Source: a virus
Taxonomy: Duplodnaviria > Heunggongvirae > Uroviricota > Caudoviricetes
DNA length: 56,022 nt
IMG/VR virus record: IMGVR_UViG_2534681672_000003
Coordinates: 1-56,022 of that record
Reading direction: 5' to 3' (one strand)
Part shown: positions 1 to 11,087 of the stretch, piece after piece
Layout: the number at the start of each line of letters is the position of its first letter
Position numbering within the stretch: position 1 is the stretch's first letter
Made by a program: the position numbers and the translations under genes
Notes under the pieces: generated by a model
Database searches by the model: none
Seen by the model: the letters and a program-made list of their open reading frames with translations, nothing else
Told to the model about the DNA's origin: nothing

Positions 1-657
1 ATGAAAAAAAACACAGATGATGGGGCTAAAATTTACACACCACTTACCCTAAAGCTTTATGACTGGTGGGTTTTGGGAGTATCAAATCGGCTTGCATGGG
101 GATGTCCTACAAAGGAGCACCTTCTTCCACACTTTCTGGAACATTTAGGTAACAACCATCTGGATATTGGTGTTGGAACTGGGTTTTACCTTACTCACGT
201 ACCTGAGAGTAGTCTGATATCTTTAATGGATTTGAACGAAGCTAGCCTGAACGCGGCATCTACAAGGGCTGGGGAATCAAAAATTAAACATAAAATTAGC
301 CATGATGTTTTTAAACCTTATCCCGCAGCGTTACATGGTCAATTTGATTCCATTTCCATGTTTTACCTTCTTCACTGCCTGCCTGGAAATATATCTACAA
401 AAAGCTGTGTAATACGCAATGCGGCGCAGGCCTTAACTGACGATGGAACTCTATACGGAGCCACAATTCTTGGCGATGGAGTTGTGCACAATAGCTTCGG
501 TCAAAAACTGATGTGCATTTACAATCAGAAAGGCATCTTTTCAAACACAAAAGATTCCGAAGAAGGCTTAACACATATACTCTCAGAGCATTTCGAGAAT
601 GTTAAAACCAAGGTTCAAGGTACTGTAGTAATGTTTTCCGCTTCAGGGAAAAAATAG
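1..657 (+). CDS. class I SAM-dependent methyltransferase (flank or moron gene)
   Basis: ORF begins at the window edge with ATG; SAM-binding-like motif LDIGVGTGF; lies beyond the tail-fibre genes. Confidence 0.5.
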   Translation: MKKNTDDGAKIYTPLTLKLYDWWVLGVSNRLAWGCPTKEHLLPHFLEHLGNNHLDIGVGTGFYLTHVPESSLISLMDLNEASLNAASTRAGESKIKHKISHDVFKPYPAALHGQFDSISMFYLLHCLPGNISTKSCVIRNAAQALTDDGTLYGATILGDGVVHNSFGQKLMCIYNQKGIFSNTKDSEEGLTHILSEHFENVKTKVQGTVVMFSASGKK

Positions 658-850
658 CATCCAACCGCAGCACGTTCTTGCTTAAGACGTGCTGCGGCAT
701 AATCCCAATGATTACTCCCTGACAGGGTTCGTAGGCCACTCAATATCAGGTGCAGTTGATGTATCAACACGGTTCAGCAACACCCGATACTTCTTCCAGG
801 CTTCCAGCAACGAGGTTTCTTCCTCCGTTGCATATACAGCTCACCTTTTT

Positions 851-1150
851 TCACCCACGATTAACCAACAGCCAGACCAGCAGACACGCCACCACCGGCA
901 CAGCAAAATCCATCAGACTTGCTACATCCCATGCACGTGGGTCAAAACCGCCCCACCACGGCATATTCATACGCTTGCCATGCCCGAACATTTCAATCCA
1001 GCGATATTCTGCCTGGGTATGTTCACGCGCAATGAAGAACGTACAACCGGCTATCGCCCCGTAAGCCCAGTTCCCGGTAAAAAGACCAATCAGTAGCTGC
1101 GCAGCCACAGCACAAAGCGCATGAAGGAAAGGTGTTATATCCATTTTCAT
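851..1150 (-). CDS. small hydrophobic membrane protein, unknown function
   Basis: ORF track (trimmed to ATG after an AGGA-like RBS); two hydrophobic stretches; no family recognised. Confidence 0.3.
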   Translation of the reverse strand: MKMDITPFLHALCAVAAQLLIGLFTGNWAYGAIAGCTFFIAREHTQAEYRWIEMFGHGKRMNMPWWGGFDPRAWDVASLMDFAVPVVACLLVWLLVNRG

Positions 1151-1186
1151 CCTACCCAATAAAACGGGGCGCTCGGCCCCTTAATA

Positions 1187-2227
1187 TTATTTAGACGCAA
1201 GCGCCGCATCAATTGCAGATAATCTTTGTCTTAATTCTGCGTTTTCTTCTTCCAGTGCTGTTATTCTGTCGTCTGACTCTCTGGCTACCTGAACAAGCAA
1301 GCCAGTAACACCAGAATAATCTACTGTGTAATAACGTTCACCTTCTTCACCTTCCGATCCGCTCGCACCGTCCTGATATTTCATTGCGGAACCTACAACT
1401 TCTGGGATTGCTTCCAGAGCTTCCTGTGCAATGACACCAGCATAGGGCATACCGTTTTCTTTAAGCGTGTATGTATAGCCGTTCATTTTACGGATGCGGT
1501 CGGTTGCATTATCGATCACCTGAATGTTGTCTTTCAGATCCCGGTCGGAATGCTGGTTAAATGCGGTGGCATGACATGCACCATTAACGCTTAACATATA
1601 GGTGTTATCGGTATTTTTCTGCGCATAGAACATATAAGCGCCACCATCAACACCGACTTCATAAACAACAGGACGGCTGGAGTTGCCCCACAATTGAGCA
1701 GTAACACCAGCATAAGCGGTTCCCTGTGTGTTTAATGTCATGGTTGACCCATGATTGGCATATTTGATCTGTAATGTGTCGGTGTAATCAAATTTAATAA
1801 GCGCGTTACTTCCACGCTTGCTGTATGACATAAGGCAGTTACCCATTTTGAGGTATCCGCTGTCACCGGGAAAAATCATCGTACCGCCATAAAGGTTGGT
1901 AAAGTCCCAGCAAATGTTTGTCCCGTTATCGTTCAGGTTAAGGCGCGCCATTGCGTTACCTGGACTGTCTATCCATTTTTTGAGGTATAGTTCGCAATAC
2001 GCATCCTCAACACCTGCCGTCCTGTGAGTTGAGCGGAGTTTTCTCCCAAATATAGCTCCGCTAGTTGGCAATACCTGCTGATACCATGAAACAGACCAGT
2101 CACCAACGATTTCATCTTTGCTGTCTACATATAATTTTGTTGCGTAGCTTCCTTGATCGTTTTTTAATTTGCTAACGTCGGATTTTAGCGTTTTGATGTC
2201 ATCAGGAATTACTGTCGATGTAGCCAT
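1187..2227 (-). CDS. tail fibre or tailspike protein with C-terminal intramolecular-chaperone (peptidase S74-like) domain
   Basis: C-terminal SDRDLKDNI...AGVIAQEALE motif followed by coiled-coil ITALEEENAELRQRL; GAGGAAG RBS; downstream of stf. Confidence 0.6.
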   Translation of the reverse strand: MATSTVIPDDIKTLKSDVSKLKNDQGSYATKLYVDSKDEIVGDWSVSWYQQVLPTSGAIFGRKLRSTHRTAGVEDAYCELYLKKWIDSPGNAMARLNLNDNGTNICWDFTNLYGGTMIFPGDSGYLKMGNCLMSYSKRGSNALIKFDYTDTLQIKYANHGSTMTLNTQGTAYAGVTAQLWGNSSRPVVYEVGVDGGAYMFYAQKNTDNTYMLSVNGACHATAFNQHSDRDLKDNIQVIDNATDRIRKMNGYTYTLKENGMPYAGVIAQEALEAIPEVVGSAMKYQDGASGSEGEEGERYYTVDYSGVTGLLVQVARESDDRITALEEENAELRQRLSAIDAALASK

Positions 2228-2236
2228 TTTTCTTCC

Positions 2237-2518
2237 TCACATCCAGCCACGAAGTTGATGCTCAACAGCAACCACGTATTCATCGAATATTGACGATATT
2301 TGCGAATCATTAATGATGCGCACGTTTACAAAATATCCGTCTTCCTTAACACATACCGGTTCGCCATCTTCAGTCAGTTCTCCAGTTTCTTTGTACACAT
2401 TACCTATCACGTCAATAAGAATATCATCCTGCATCGACTCGTCATCATAATAGCCAATGCTCTCCATAAAGGCCGAAAAGTCGGCCCTGTCTGCAAATTT
2501 GAGTGTTAAATCTTTCAT
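2237..2518 (-). CDS. hypothetical phage protein (tail-fibre region)
   Basis: 93-aa ORF with strong RBS, start overlapping the stf stop; no family recognised. Confidence 0.4.
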   Translation of the reverse strand: MKDLTLKFADRADFSAFMESIGYYDDESMQDDILIDVIGNVYKETGELTEDGEPVCVKEDGYFVNVRIINDSQISSIFDEYVVAVEHQLRGWM

Positions 2519-4914
2519 TTAATACTCTCCCCCATTTGCGCATCAGTTAATTCTTTATGCCAGAGACGAAGATTTCTCAAATGGCCGAATAGATGACGAG
2601 TTCCCGATGTGGCTTGACCTCCAATTCGAATAAAGGTCCGTGTTTTTACGCCCGTCCACTCCGTTTTCATAGTTTTAGTAGCCTCACCGTTAGAAACTAC
2701 TCGTTTAGTACCATCAGAATAAATATTAAAACCACCAATGAATTTTCGAACATCAGTTCGACCAGCAAACACACTAGAAACGTAAGTACTTGTCGACGCT
2801 TTATAAGTTTGTATATAAAGCTGACCGTAACATTTCTCAGTTGTGTTAAAAGCGTATGTAATTGACTCAATAGGTGGCACACCAGAAAAATCAAAAATAC
2901 GCGGTGCTACATTAGGAGGAATATCGCCCCAATTTCTATTGACCTCGACAAGACACGTAAGCGGTCTATTATAGATATTATTTTCAGTTGGGATCGTCAC
3001 CATATCACTGGAGCGGGTTGCGGGTGCAGTTGTCGTAATAACAAAAGATGAAGCACATCCGCCGTTTTCAAATTGTGGTGTTGCAAGGTAAATATAATCT
3101 CCCGCTTCAGTTATACCACCTTTTTTCGGCGCATACTGAATCATTGCGCCAATTAAGGCTTCACCTTCAACAGCTTCTATAGTTGCCTCATAGAAAATCC
3201 ACCCTGTAACCGGATCTTTAGTTGCAGTAGCTGCTATTCTATTGGCTGCTCCGCCAGTTTTTTCTATTATCAGAGTTCCGAAAGTTAAATAAGCATCTCC
3301 TAAAAATGTATAAACCGACCCATCGTATTTTTCAAAACGCAAACGACAACGAAGACCATCAGGAGCTTTAACCCTGCATGAAACAGTGCAATACTTATTA
3401 TCGCCACTAACATCAATCCCCCGGGATGCACTGCATGTATGCAGACTAAGTGCAGATGATTGTCCTGTCATATTATCTTTTGTTCGCATTTTGGCATATG
3501 AAAAACCAAATTCATCAACACCATTATTAGTTTTATCGATATTGCTGGTACTCGTCCATTCAGCGGGAGTATTGGATTTAACAAAATAGTTAGTGCGCTG
3601 TCCTTCAATCAATAAACCTTCTTTTTCAAATCGTGGCTCATCAATTTTAGCAACACTAAATACGCCTGATTTATTGATATATGTGGCAGTTGATGCGCGT
3701 TTAAACTTAACAACCTTGTCGCCAGGCATCGTTATTTCATCATCACCAATAACAATTTTTTTATATGACGGCGAAAAGCCCGTAATCATATCCAGTGAAT
3801 CGTTAAACGGTATCCACACATCAGGCAGTGGCTGTAAGACATATTTATACGGCTCTGCTGCCTGACTTGCATACTCTCTGGCTGCGTCTTCACTTGCTTT
3901 AGCTGCTGTCTGGCTTGCTGCCGATGCTTTCGCCGAGTTCGCCGCTGCAGTCTCGCTTGTCTTTGCATTGGTTTCACTGGTTTTTGCCGCTTTTTGACTG
4001 TTGGCTGATGCAGTGGCAGAAGCAGCCGCCGCGCTTGCAGAACCAGCTGCCGCGCTCTCGCTTTGGGCTGCTGCAACCTGGCTGTTTTTCGCCGCAGTTT
4101 CGCTGGCTTTGGCATTCGTTTCGCTGGTCTTCGCTGCCGTCTGGCTGGACTTTGCGTTAGTTTCACTCGTCTTCGCAGCTTTCTGGCTGTTAGCCGCAGC
4201 AGTTGCTGATCCAGCTGCTGAAGTCGCAGAACCGGCTGCCGCGCTCTCGCTTTGGGCTGCTGCAACCTGGCTGTTTTTTGCCGCAGTTTCACTGGCTTTG
4301 GCATTCGTTTCGCTGGTTTTCGCTGCCGTCTGGCTGGACTTTGCGTTGGTTTCGCTCGTCTTTGCGGCTGTCTCGCTATTTTTCGCGTTGGTTTCTGATT
4401 TTTTGGCTGCTGTCGCGGAGTTTGCCGATGCAGTCTTTGAGGTCGCTGCCGCCTGTGCACTATTAGCTGCATTCGTTTCTGAGGTTTTCGCCGCGTTCTT
4501 TGATGATGCCGCTGCAGTTTCGGATTTCTTTGCCGCCGCTGCGCTCTGAGAGGCGGCTTCGGCGTTGCGTGCCACTTCTTCCACCATTGCCTCAAAACGA
4601 CGCAATGCCTCCGGCATGACATCATCTTCCGTCATGGCACCGAGAAAATCATTCAGCGTACCTGGTCTGGAGCCTTCATAGACGGTAATGGTCCCGGCAT
4701 GTGAAGGCGGAAAACCTTCAACCAGCAGGGTGACGCTGTACTGGCCATACTCAACATCCATGCTGTAACGTCCGGCTTCATCCGGATTTTCAGAAGCCAC
4801 CGTGTTCACCAGTACCGTGGTGCTGTTACGCTTTGCCTTCAGTTGAATAGTGCAGTTCTGTATTGGTTTTCCCGCACCATCTTTCAGCACACCTGAGATT
4901 TTTACTGCTGCCAT
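2515..4914 (-). CDS. stf: side tail fibre protein Stf (lambda-like N-terminus, repeat-rich shaft, distinct C-terminal domain)
   Basis: N-terminus MAAVKISGVLKDGAGKPIQNCTIQLKA matches lambda Stf from memory; start trimmed to ATG at 4914. Confidence 0.85.
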   Translation of the reverse strand: MAAVKISGVLKDGAGKPIQNCTIQLKAKRNSTTVLVNTVASENPDEAGRYSMDVEYGQYSVTLLVEGFPPSHAGTITVYEGSRPGTLNDFLGAMTEDDVMPEALRRFEAMVEEVARNAEAASQSAAAAKKSETAAASSKNAAKTSETNAANSAQAAATSKTASANSATAAKKSETNAKNSETAAKTSETNAKSSQTAAKTSETNAKASETAAKNSQVAAAQSESAAAGSATSAAGSATAAANSQKAAKTSETNAKSSQTAAKTSETNAKASETAAKNSQVAAAQSESAAAGSASAAAASATASANSQKAAKTSETNAKTSETAAANSAKASAASQTAAKASEDAAREYASQAAEPYKYVLQPLPDVWIPFNDSLDMITGFSPSYKKIVIGDDEITMPGDKVVKFKRASTATYINKSGVFSVAKIDEPRFEKEGLLIEGQRTNYFVKSNTPAEWTSTSNIDKTNNGVDEFGFSYAKMRTKDNMTGQSSALSLHTCSASRGIDVSGDNKYCTVSCRVKAPDGLRCRLRFEKYDGSVYTFLGDAYLTFGTLIIEKTGGAANRIAATATKDPVTGWIFYEATIEAVEGEALIGAMIQYAPKKGGITEAGDYIYLATPQFENGGCASSFVITTTAPATRSSDMVTIPTENNIYNRPLTCLVEVNRNWGDIPPNVAPRIFDFSGVPPIESITYAFNTTEKCYGQLYIQTYKASTSTYVSSVFAGRTDVRKFIGGFNIYSDGTKRVVSNGEATKTMKTEWTGVKTRTFIRIGGQATSGTRHLFGHLRNLRLWHKELTDAQMGESIK
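4038..4415. repeat. in-frame 189-bp tandem duplication inside stf, itself built of 42-bp (14-aa TSETNAKxSQTAAK-like) sub-repeats
   Basis: Near-identical blocks start at about 4038 and 4227 (offset 189 bp). Confidence 0.75.
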
Positions 4915-4924
4915 ATCCACTCCA

Positions 4925-4951
4925 CAAAAAAGCCCGCCTGAACCGGCGGGC
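4925..4951 (-). terminator. rho-independent terminator after lom
   Basis: GCCCGCC-loop-GGCGGGC hairpin followed by a T-run on the minus strand. Confidence 0.6.
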
Positions 4952-4978
4952 TGTCATAACACTGTGTTACCTGGCTAA

Positions 4979-5578
4979 TCAGAACTTATAACCGACACCC
5001 ACGATGAAACCGTCAGTGCGCCAGTCGCCACTGCCGGAGCCTTCATAAGCAATATCAATGGCCACGGATTCGGTCGGGTTAAACTGCACGCCAGCTCCCC
5101 ACGCCAGAGACGTGTTGCTGTGGCGATCGTCATCACTTCCGGTCAGCACATCGTGCGTTTTCCCCTTGTTGTCAGTTACGCGGAGATAATCCCCGGAGAA
5201 GGTCGACACACGGCTGTAAGCCATACCCGCCATCGCATAAGCACTGAACCATTCATTCACGCGTACAGATGGCCCCGCCATCATGCTGAACCAGCGGTTA
5301 CGCACGGAATCTTCATGCCAGCGGGTATCGCTGTAATGCGTTTTTTGCTCATCTTTGGCATTGGCATAACTGAATGACGTCACCAGCCCCAGCGTGTCCG
5401 TAAATTCATAACGGTATTTCACGTTAATGCCCTTCAGGTCATCACTGCCTGGCATATCAGTATGGGTCTGAAGATACCCGGCGCTTAGTGTGGACTGATG
5501 CTCTGCTGCGCTCGCTGGCGTACCAGCGGCAACCAGCCAGACTACTGCGGACAGAATAACAGCACATAATTTACGCAT
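4979..5578 (-). CDS. lom: outer-membrane protein Lom (Ail/Lom family)
   Basis: Signal peptide plus beta-barrel protein matching lambda Lom from memory; position between J and stf. Confidence 0.9.
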   Translation of the reverse strand: MRKLCAVILSAVVWLVAAGTPASAAEHQSTLSAGYLQTHTDMPGSDDLKGINVKYRYEFTDTLGLVTSFSYANAKDEQKTHYSDTRWHEDSVRNRWFSMMAGPSVRVNEWFSAYAMAGMAYSRVSTFSGDYLRVTDNKGKTHDVLTGSDDDRHSNTSLAWGAGVQFNPTESVAIDIAYEGSGSGDWRTDGFIVGVGYKF

Positions 5579-5602
5579 AATTACCTCTCGCTTTTCTGCA
5601 AT

Positions 5603-5626
5603 AAAAAAGGCACCATTTCTGGTGCC
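5603..5626 (-). terminator. rho-independent terminator after J
   Basis: GGCACCA-TTTC-TGGTGCC hairpin with adjacent T-run on the minus strand. Confidence 0.5.
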
Positions 5627-5645
5627 CGTATCTGGGTTATAAAAT

Positions 5646-8600
5646 TCAGCTAATCGTGATGCCTGCAGTGGCTTTCTTCATCACAACAACCAGCAAATCG
5701 CTGATACTTGCTGTGGGATACCAGCCATTTACCAGCCATGCTGACACCGAAAACTCCAGTGTCATGTGACCGTGACCGGCAGGCATATCAATAACGCCAC
5801 TGTAAATCAGCGTATTATCCAGCGCGGTACGGTTATAAATTTCAGCACCGTTTTTCCGCACTATCAGACGGCATGAGGAGTAAATATCAGTATGCTCTCT
5901 CTCATGCTTAGCGCCACTGAATGCCACCGCCGGAATAACAATTTGCCGGTCAAACGGCTGATCGTCATAAACCCTGACGGTAATGGTCCCTGATGGCCAC
6001 CGCTCCGGTGCCCGGGAGTCACGGGGGAAAGCTTTGCCCACTGTTTTAACGAGATCGCCTTCAATCTGGTTCGCGGACAGTTTTCCCAGAACCCGGCAGT
6101 TCTCGTTAATCGTGACGTTGTTGAGCGTCCCGGAGTTCGCATTCACGTTACCGCTGATATCGGCATTTTTCGCCGTCAGCCGCCCGTCCGGTGTCAGGGA
6201 AAATGCCGGAGGATTACCGCCGCTGGTAATGGTGGGAGCCGTCAGATATTTCAGGAACACTTCGTTCATGAATATCTGATTGCCCTGCGCCACAAACATC
6301 GGCGTTTCATTCCCGTTTGCCGGGTCAATAAATGCGATACGGTTAGCGGCAACCAGGAACTGGCTCAGTTTGCCTTCCTCCGTGTCCTCCATGCTGAGGC
6401 CAATACCCGCGACATAATGTTTGCCGTCTTTGGTCTGCTCAATTTTGACAGCCCACATGGCATTCCACTTATCGTTGGCGTCCTTCCACTCTTTCGAAAA
6501 CTCCTCCAGTCTGCTGGCGTTATCCTCCGTCAGCTCGACTTTTTCCAGCAGCTCCTTGCCGAGATGGGATTCGGTTATCTTGCCTTTGAAAAAATCCAGG
6601 TAACCTTCCGCATCATCGCTCACCCGACCGACAGCCTCCACGAATGTCGATTTGCCGACGGTGTTCACACTGCGAACGTAAAAATAATAATCATGGCCCG
6701 GTTTGATATTGATACTGGCGGCTATCCAGTACAGCGCCGTGCCAAGATAACGCGCGCTGGTTTCAACCTGCCTGATATCCGCAATCCGATTTTCCGAGAA
6801 CCAGAACTCAAACTGTACCGTCGGATCATAAACCGCAAGATGCGGCGTGGCGGTTATCTGAAAATAGCCCGGCGTCAGCTCAATCCGCGATGGCGCTGCC
6901 GGTGCGGCAATCCGGAACGATACCGACGCCGGATCGCCCTGCTGCCCCCACGCATTTACCGCCCGGACTGTCAGACTGTAATTTCCCAGAGCCAGCTGCC
7001 TGAAGCGGTATGTGGTTTCCGTCGTCCGGGCCGTGCTGACCAGCCGCTCACTGCCGTCATCCGCTGCCACGGTCAGGCGAAGCATAAAGCTCACGCCCTT
7101 CACCACCTTCGGCGTATCCCAGCGCGCCAGCACCTGGTATTCCCCGCTGTCTGCGGTGACTTCGGCGGTCAGGTGCTGCACCGCTGGCGGCGTGACACCA
7201 TTCACCGTGCCGCTCTGGTCGCCGTCAAAGTGCGCCCCGTTATCCACGATGGCTTCTTTTTCCGGTACATGCTGCACGGCAGTGATGGCATACGTGCCGT
7301 CATCGTTCTCACGGATACTCACACAGCGGAACAGGCGCTGGCGCAGCGTCGGCAGCTTCAGCCCCCACACGCTGTATTCGGCAACGCCGTCAGGAACCCG
7401 ACTCACTTTCACCTTCACGCCGTCGGTGACGGACTGAACCTCCACGCTGACCGGACTCCCCTGCCCGTCAACCAGGCTTATCAGCGTGGTACCGGAGGAT
7501 GGCAGCGTGATTTCACGGTCGAGCGTCAGCGTCCGGGTCTGGCTGTTCACCGCCAGCACGCGCCCGCCAATGCTGATCCCCGCATAGTCATCATCGCAGA
7601 TTTCAATAACATCACCCGGTACATGGCGAAGCCCTTCTGCGCCGACGCTGAAATCCACGGTCTGCGTTTCCAGCAGTTCTGTTTTAATCAGCCACAGCCC
7701 GGCGCGGTGTGCCTGCCCCCGGCTGGTACAGCCAAAGGCATCCATCTTCGTGACGTTACGACCGTAACGGGCAATGGCCTGCGTGTCCTCCACAAGCTCT
7801 GTCGCCGTCTCCCAGCCGTTATCCGGGTCAATCCAGTTCACCTCAACGGCATTATGACGGTCCTTCAGGGCGCTGAAGCTGTAGCGGAACGGCGCGCCAT
7901 CATCCGGCATCACCACATTACTGCGGTTATAGGTCCACACCTTATCCGATGGCCGGTCCTGCACGAACGTCAGCGTCTGCCCGTTCCATACCGGCATACA
8001 GCGCATCGCCGAGCAGAAATCACTGAGCACATCCCACGCCTTGCGCTGCGTGGTCAGCCAGGCATTACAGGTGATGCGCGGCTCCGTGCCACCAAAGCCA
8101 TCCGGCACCGACTGGTCGCAATTCTGGCCGATGACATACAGCGCCCATTTGTCCACATCCGCCGCACCGAGACGCTTCCCCATGCCGTAGCGCGGATGGG
8201 TCAGCATATCCCACAGACACCAGGCCATGTTGTTGCTGTATGCCGGTTTAAACGTCCCGTCCCAGATACCGCTGTATTGCCGCGTCTGCGGGTTATAGTT
8301 CGATGGCACCTGCAGAATACGCCCGCGCAGATGATAATTACGGCTCACCTGCTGGCTGCCGAACTGCTCCGAGTCCACCTGCACGCCGACCAGTGCCGTG
8401 TTCGGGTAGCACTGTTTCACATCGATGATTTCGGTGTATGACGACCAGAGCGTTTTGTTCTGCAGCTGGTCTGTGGTGCTGTCCGGCGTCATCCTGCGCA
8501 TCCGGATATTAAACGGGCGCGGCGGCAGGTTATCCACCACCACTGAGGCCAGATACTGCGAGGTGGTTTTACCCTTAATGGTGATGTCTTTTTCCGTCAC

Positions 8601-9041
8601 CCAGCCACCGTTACGTTGTATCTGAACCAGCAGGCGGACTTCCGATGGATTCCTGTCCCCCTTTGAGGTGGTTTCCACCAGTGCCTGCACACCGAAGGTA
8701 AAGCGCAGACGGTCGATGTTTGCCGACGTGATGGTGCGGGTGATCGGCGTGTCATATTTCACTTCCGTACCCAGCACCGTCTCGGAACCGGAGGATTCAA
8801 ATCCCTCCGGCGGAGTCTGCTCCTGCTCACCGGCCCGGAACACCACCGTGACGCCGGATATATTGGTATTCCCCTCACTGTCCAGCACCGGCGTACTGTT
8901 CAGCAGCACGCTTTTTAATCCATCCACCGGACCTTCAACCGGCCCTTCGCTGATGGCATCGATCACACTCAGCAGCTGCGTGGACTTCAGGTTGTCCTTC
9001 GCTTCGCGCGGGGTATGCCCCTTACTGCTGCCTTTACCCAT
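5646..9041 (-). CDS. J: tail tip/host-specificity protein J
   Basis: 1131 aa, collinear with lambda J as recalled. Confidence 0.95.
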   Translation of the reverse strand: MGKGSSKGHTPREAKDNLKSTQLLSVIDAISEGPVEGPVDGLKSVLLNSTPVLDSEGNTNISGVTVVFRAGEQEQTPPEGFESSGSETVLGTEVKYDTPITRTITSANIDRLRFTFGVQALVETTSKGDRNPSEVRLLVQIQRNGGWVTEKDITIKGKTTSQYLASVVVDNLPPRPFNIRMRRMTPDSTTDQLQNKTLWSSYTEIIDVKQCYPNTALVGVQVDSEQFGSQQVSRNYHLRGRILQVPSNYNPQTRQYSGIWDGTFKPAYSNNMAWCLWDMLTHPRYGMGKRLGAADVDKWALYVIGQNCDQSVPDGFGGTEPRITCNAWLTTQRKAWDVLSDFCSAMRCMPVWNGQTLTFVQDRPSDKVWTYNRSNVVMPDDGAPFRYSFSALKDRHNAVEVNWIDPDNGWETATELVEDTQAIARYGRNVTKMDAFGCTSRGQAHRAGLWLIKTELLETQTVDFSVGAEGLRHVPGDVIEICDDDYAGISIGGRVLAVNSQTRTLTLDREITLPSSGTTLISLVDGQGSPVSVEVQSVTDGVKVKVSRVPDGVAEYSVWGLKLPTLRQRLFRCVSIRENDDGTYAITAVQHVPEKEAIVDNGAHFDGDQSGTVNGVTPPAVQHLTAEVTADSGEYQVLARWDTPKVVKGVSFMLRLTVAADDGSERLVSTARTTETTYRFRQLALGNYSLTVRAVNAWGQQGDPASVSFRIAAPAAPSRIELTPGYFQITATPHLAVYDPTVQFEFWFSENRIADIRQVETSARYLGTALYWIAASINIKPGHDYYFYVRSVNTVGKSTFVEAVGRVSDDAEGYLDFFKGKITESHLGKELLEKVELTEDNASRLEEFSKEWKDANDKWNAMWAVKIEQTKDGKHYVAGIGLSMEDTEEGKLSQFLVAANRIAFIDPANGNETPMFVAQGNQIFMNEVFLKYLTAPTITSGGNPPAFSLTPDGRLTAKNADISGNVNANSGTLNNVTINENCRVLGKLSANQIEGDLVKTVGKAFPRDSRAPERWPSGTITVRVYDDQPFDRQIVIPAVAFSGAKHEREHTDIYSSCRLIVRKNGAEIYNRTALDNTLIYSGVIDMPAGHGHMTLEFSVSAWLVNGWYPTASISDLLVVVMKKATAGITIS

Positions 9042-9101
9042 TCGTCATGCTCCATAAACGATAAAACCGCCCGGAGGCGGTTTCACATAAAACGTTTTTC
9101 A

Positions 9102-9743
9102 TCAGCGACCAATCACCACAACCTGACCACCATCACCTTCATCTGCTGTGCTGATCTCCTGAGATACCACACGTGATCCCACGCGCATTTCACCGTACAG
9201 AACGGGCAGAACATTGCCCTGGGCAACCATATTATCCAGTGAAGAAAAATAGGTGTTCTGTTTGCCGTTATCCGTTGTCTGTGTGCGGGGGGTTTTGGGT
9301 TTAGGGGCCAGCATCTGTGCAACACCGCCAAGCGTCATACTGGCACCGAGAGAAAACAGCAGATTACTCGCCATAATTCCTACCCCCGGCATCCATATAG
9401 CAACCGCCATAACAGCCGCCCCCAGCACAGCCTGAAACACACCGCCACTTTTGGCTCCTGCCAGACGCGGCACGATATGGATCACAGCACCATTTGCCAG
9501 CGGTTCATTAAGACGGGCTGATAATTCCGTTTCACCTGTATCACGCCCGGCAATCCGTACCTGATACCAGCCGTCGCTCAGTTTCTGACGAAACGCCGGG
9601 AGCTGTGTGGCCAGCGCCCGGATGGCTTCAGCCCCCGTTTTCACACGAAGGTCGATGCGGCGACCAAATCGTTGTAAATCCCCGTAAAGGCAGATGCGCG
9701 CCATGCCCGGTGACGCCAGAGGGAGTGTGTGCGTCGCTGCCAT
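9102..9743 (-). CDS. I: tail assembly protein I
   Basis: Matches lambda I N-terminus MAATHTLPLASPGMARICLYGDLQRFGRRIDLRVKTG. Confidence 0.9.
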   Translation of the reverse strand: MAATHTLPLASPGMARICLYGDLQRFGRRIDLRVKTGAEAIRALATQLPAFRQKLSDGWYQVRIAGRDTGETELSARLNEPLANGAVIHIVPRLAGAKSGGVFQAVLGAAVMAVAIWMPGVGIMASNLLFSLGASMTLGGVAQMLAPKPKTPRTQTTDNGKQNTYFSSLDNMVAQGNVLPVLYGEMRVGSRVVSQEISTADEGDGGQVVVIGR

Positions 9744-10384
9744 TTGTCGGTATACCTCTCTCGTTTGCTCAGTTGTTCAGGAATATGGTGCAGCAGCTCG
9801 CCATCACCACAGTAAATGGCGGCATGATTCGGCACCGATGAACCAAAACAGCACAGCAGCACATCGCCCGGTTGTGCTGATGACAACGGCACCTGATACA
9901 GCCCTGTGGCCTCCAGATTATCCAGATAGAGATTCTGACCGTGACGCCACCAGTCATCCTCGCGATGAAAATCCGGCATCTCAATCCCCGCCAGATGATA
10001 AGCATCCCGGAACAGCGTGTAACAGTCCGTCACCCCGTGCTCAAAGCGCCGCCCGGTGAGATGCGGCACACAGCGGAACTTATGAATCGCCCCCCGGCAG
10101 ACCAGCAACCACGGCAAATCACTCTGCACCTGCAGCCGCCGGTCAGCCTCACTCAGCCAGGGCAGACCACCGGGGTGGCTGTGGACCAGCGCCACAATCT
10201 CACCCTGCATTTCTGCCTGCAGCCAGTCCTCCGGAGCCATCCGGAAATAATCCTCCGGCTCACCGGAGATATTCACGCAGGGGAAATATCTTTCCCCCTC
10301 CGGCGTGCTTACCACGAAGCCGCACGACTCCGCTGGCGCACATCGCCGGGCGTGCGCCAGAATCGCTGATTCTGTCTCTGTCAT
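9641..10384 (-). CDS. K: tail assembly protein K (NlpC/P60 and MPN-like)
   Basis: MTETESAILAHARRCAPAESCGF matches lambda K; ORF trimmed to the ATG at 10384. Confidence 0.9.
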   Translation of the reverse strand: MTETESAILAHARRCAPAESCGFVVSTPEGERYFPCVNISGEPEDYFRMAPEDWLQAEMQGEIVALVHSHPGGLPWLSEADRRLQVQSDLPWLLVCRGAIHKFRCVPHLTGRRFEHGVTDCYTLFRDAYHLAGIEMPDFHREDDWWRHGQNLYLDNLEATGLYQVPLSSAQPGDVLLCCFGSSVPNHAAIYCGDGELLHHIPEQLSKRERYTDKWQRRTHSLWRHRAWRASAFTGIYNDLVAASTFV

Positions 10385-10388
10385 GGGA

Positions 10389-11087
10389 TTACTGCGAAAG
10401 TTTGTTAATGGAAAGGAAGCCGCCAAAGTTGCCGACGTTATTGCGGAACTTACAACCGCTCAGGCATTTGCTGCATTTATCCTTCGTGATATCGGACGTT
10501 GGCTGGTCATATTCATCCGCGACCGCCGGACCGTGATAACCGCACTCATCGCCGCGATAGGTCCAGGTGCAGGTGTTGGCCAGCATGATACGTCCTGGAA
10601 AAACAGCGCCGTCCGTTTCCGTCGGCGTGGACAGTACAAAAGAGGCACTCACCGCGCTCAGTTCGCTGCACTGCTCAATACGCCAGCGGCTGATCACCTC
10701 CTGCTCCGGATCGGCGTCTCTGTTTCCGTTGACGAAGTTCACCGCATCCAGAAAACGGGCATAAACCTTACGCCTGACCACCGTTCCGCCGACCAGACTC
10801 TGCAGATCTTCCGCCATCCCGGTGACCATGCCATACAGGTTAGAAAGCGTCAGCGTGGGGCGCGTACTGGTGCCTTTGCCATTCAGTTCGAAACCACTCC
10901 CCTGAATGGGATACGCCTGATACTGTCGCCCCTGCCAGGTGACCGGCTCACCTTTTTCGTTCTGCTCATTACAGAAAAAATAACGTTCTCCACCAACCTC
11001 TGTCAGATCGATTTCCCAGAGCACCACGCTGGCAGACTGCTCCGCACGGGTGCATTCATTCAGTGTTTCCTGTCGGATATCCTGCAT
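10389..11087 (-). CDS. L: tail tip protein L
   Basis: 232 aa, lambda L-like; correct gene order. Confidence 0.92.
   Translation of the reverse strand: MQDIRQETLNECTRAEQSASVVLWEIDLTEVGGERYFFCNEQNEKGEPVTWQGRQYQAYPIQGSGFELNGKGTSTRPTLTLSNLYGMVTGMAEDLQSLVGGTVVRRKVYARFLDAVNFVNGNRDADPEQEVISRWRIEQCSELSAVSASFVLSTPTETDGAVFPGRIMLANTCTWTYRGDECGYHGPAVADEYDQPTSDITKDKCSKCLSGCKFRNNVGNFGGFLSINKLSQ

Noticed and set aside
3786-4625. Arg/Gln/Lys-rich 279-aa ORF on the minus strand and a 182-aa alanine-rich ORF on the plus strand (4001-4549) inside stf.
   Set aside because: Both are alternative-frame readings of the stf tandem repeats; stf itself has clear lambda Stf homology in its own frame.
6417-8441. 674-aa plus-strand ORF antisense to J, with similar long antisense ORFs opposite H (11804-13361).
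   Set aside because: Arg/His-rich low-complexity translations of GC-rich coding DNA; the sense-strand genes match lambda J and H end to end.
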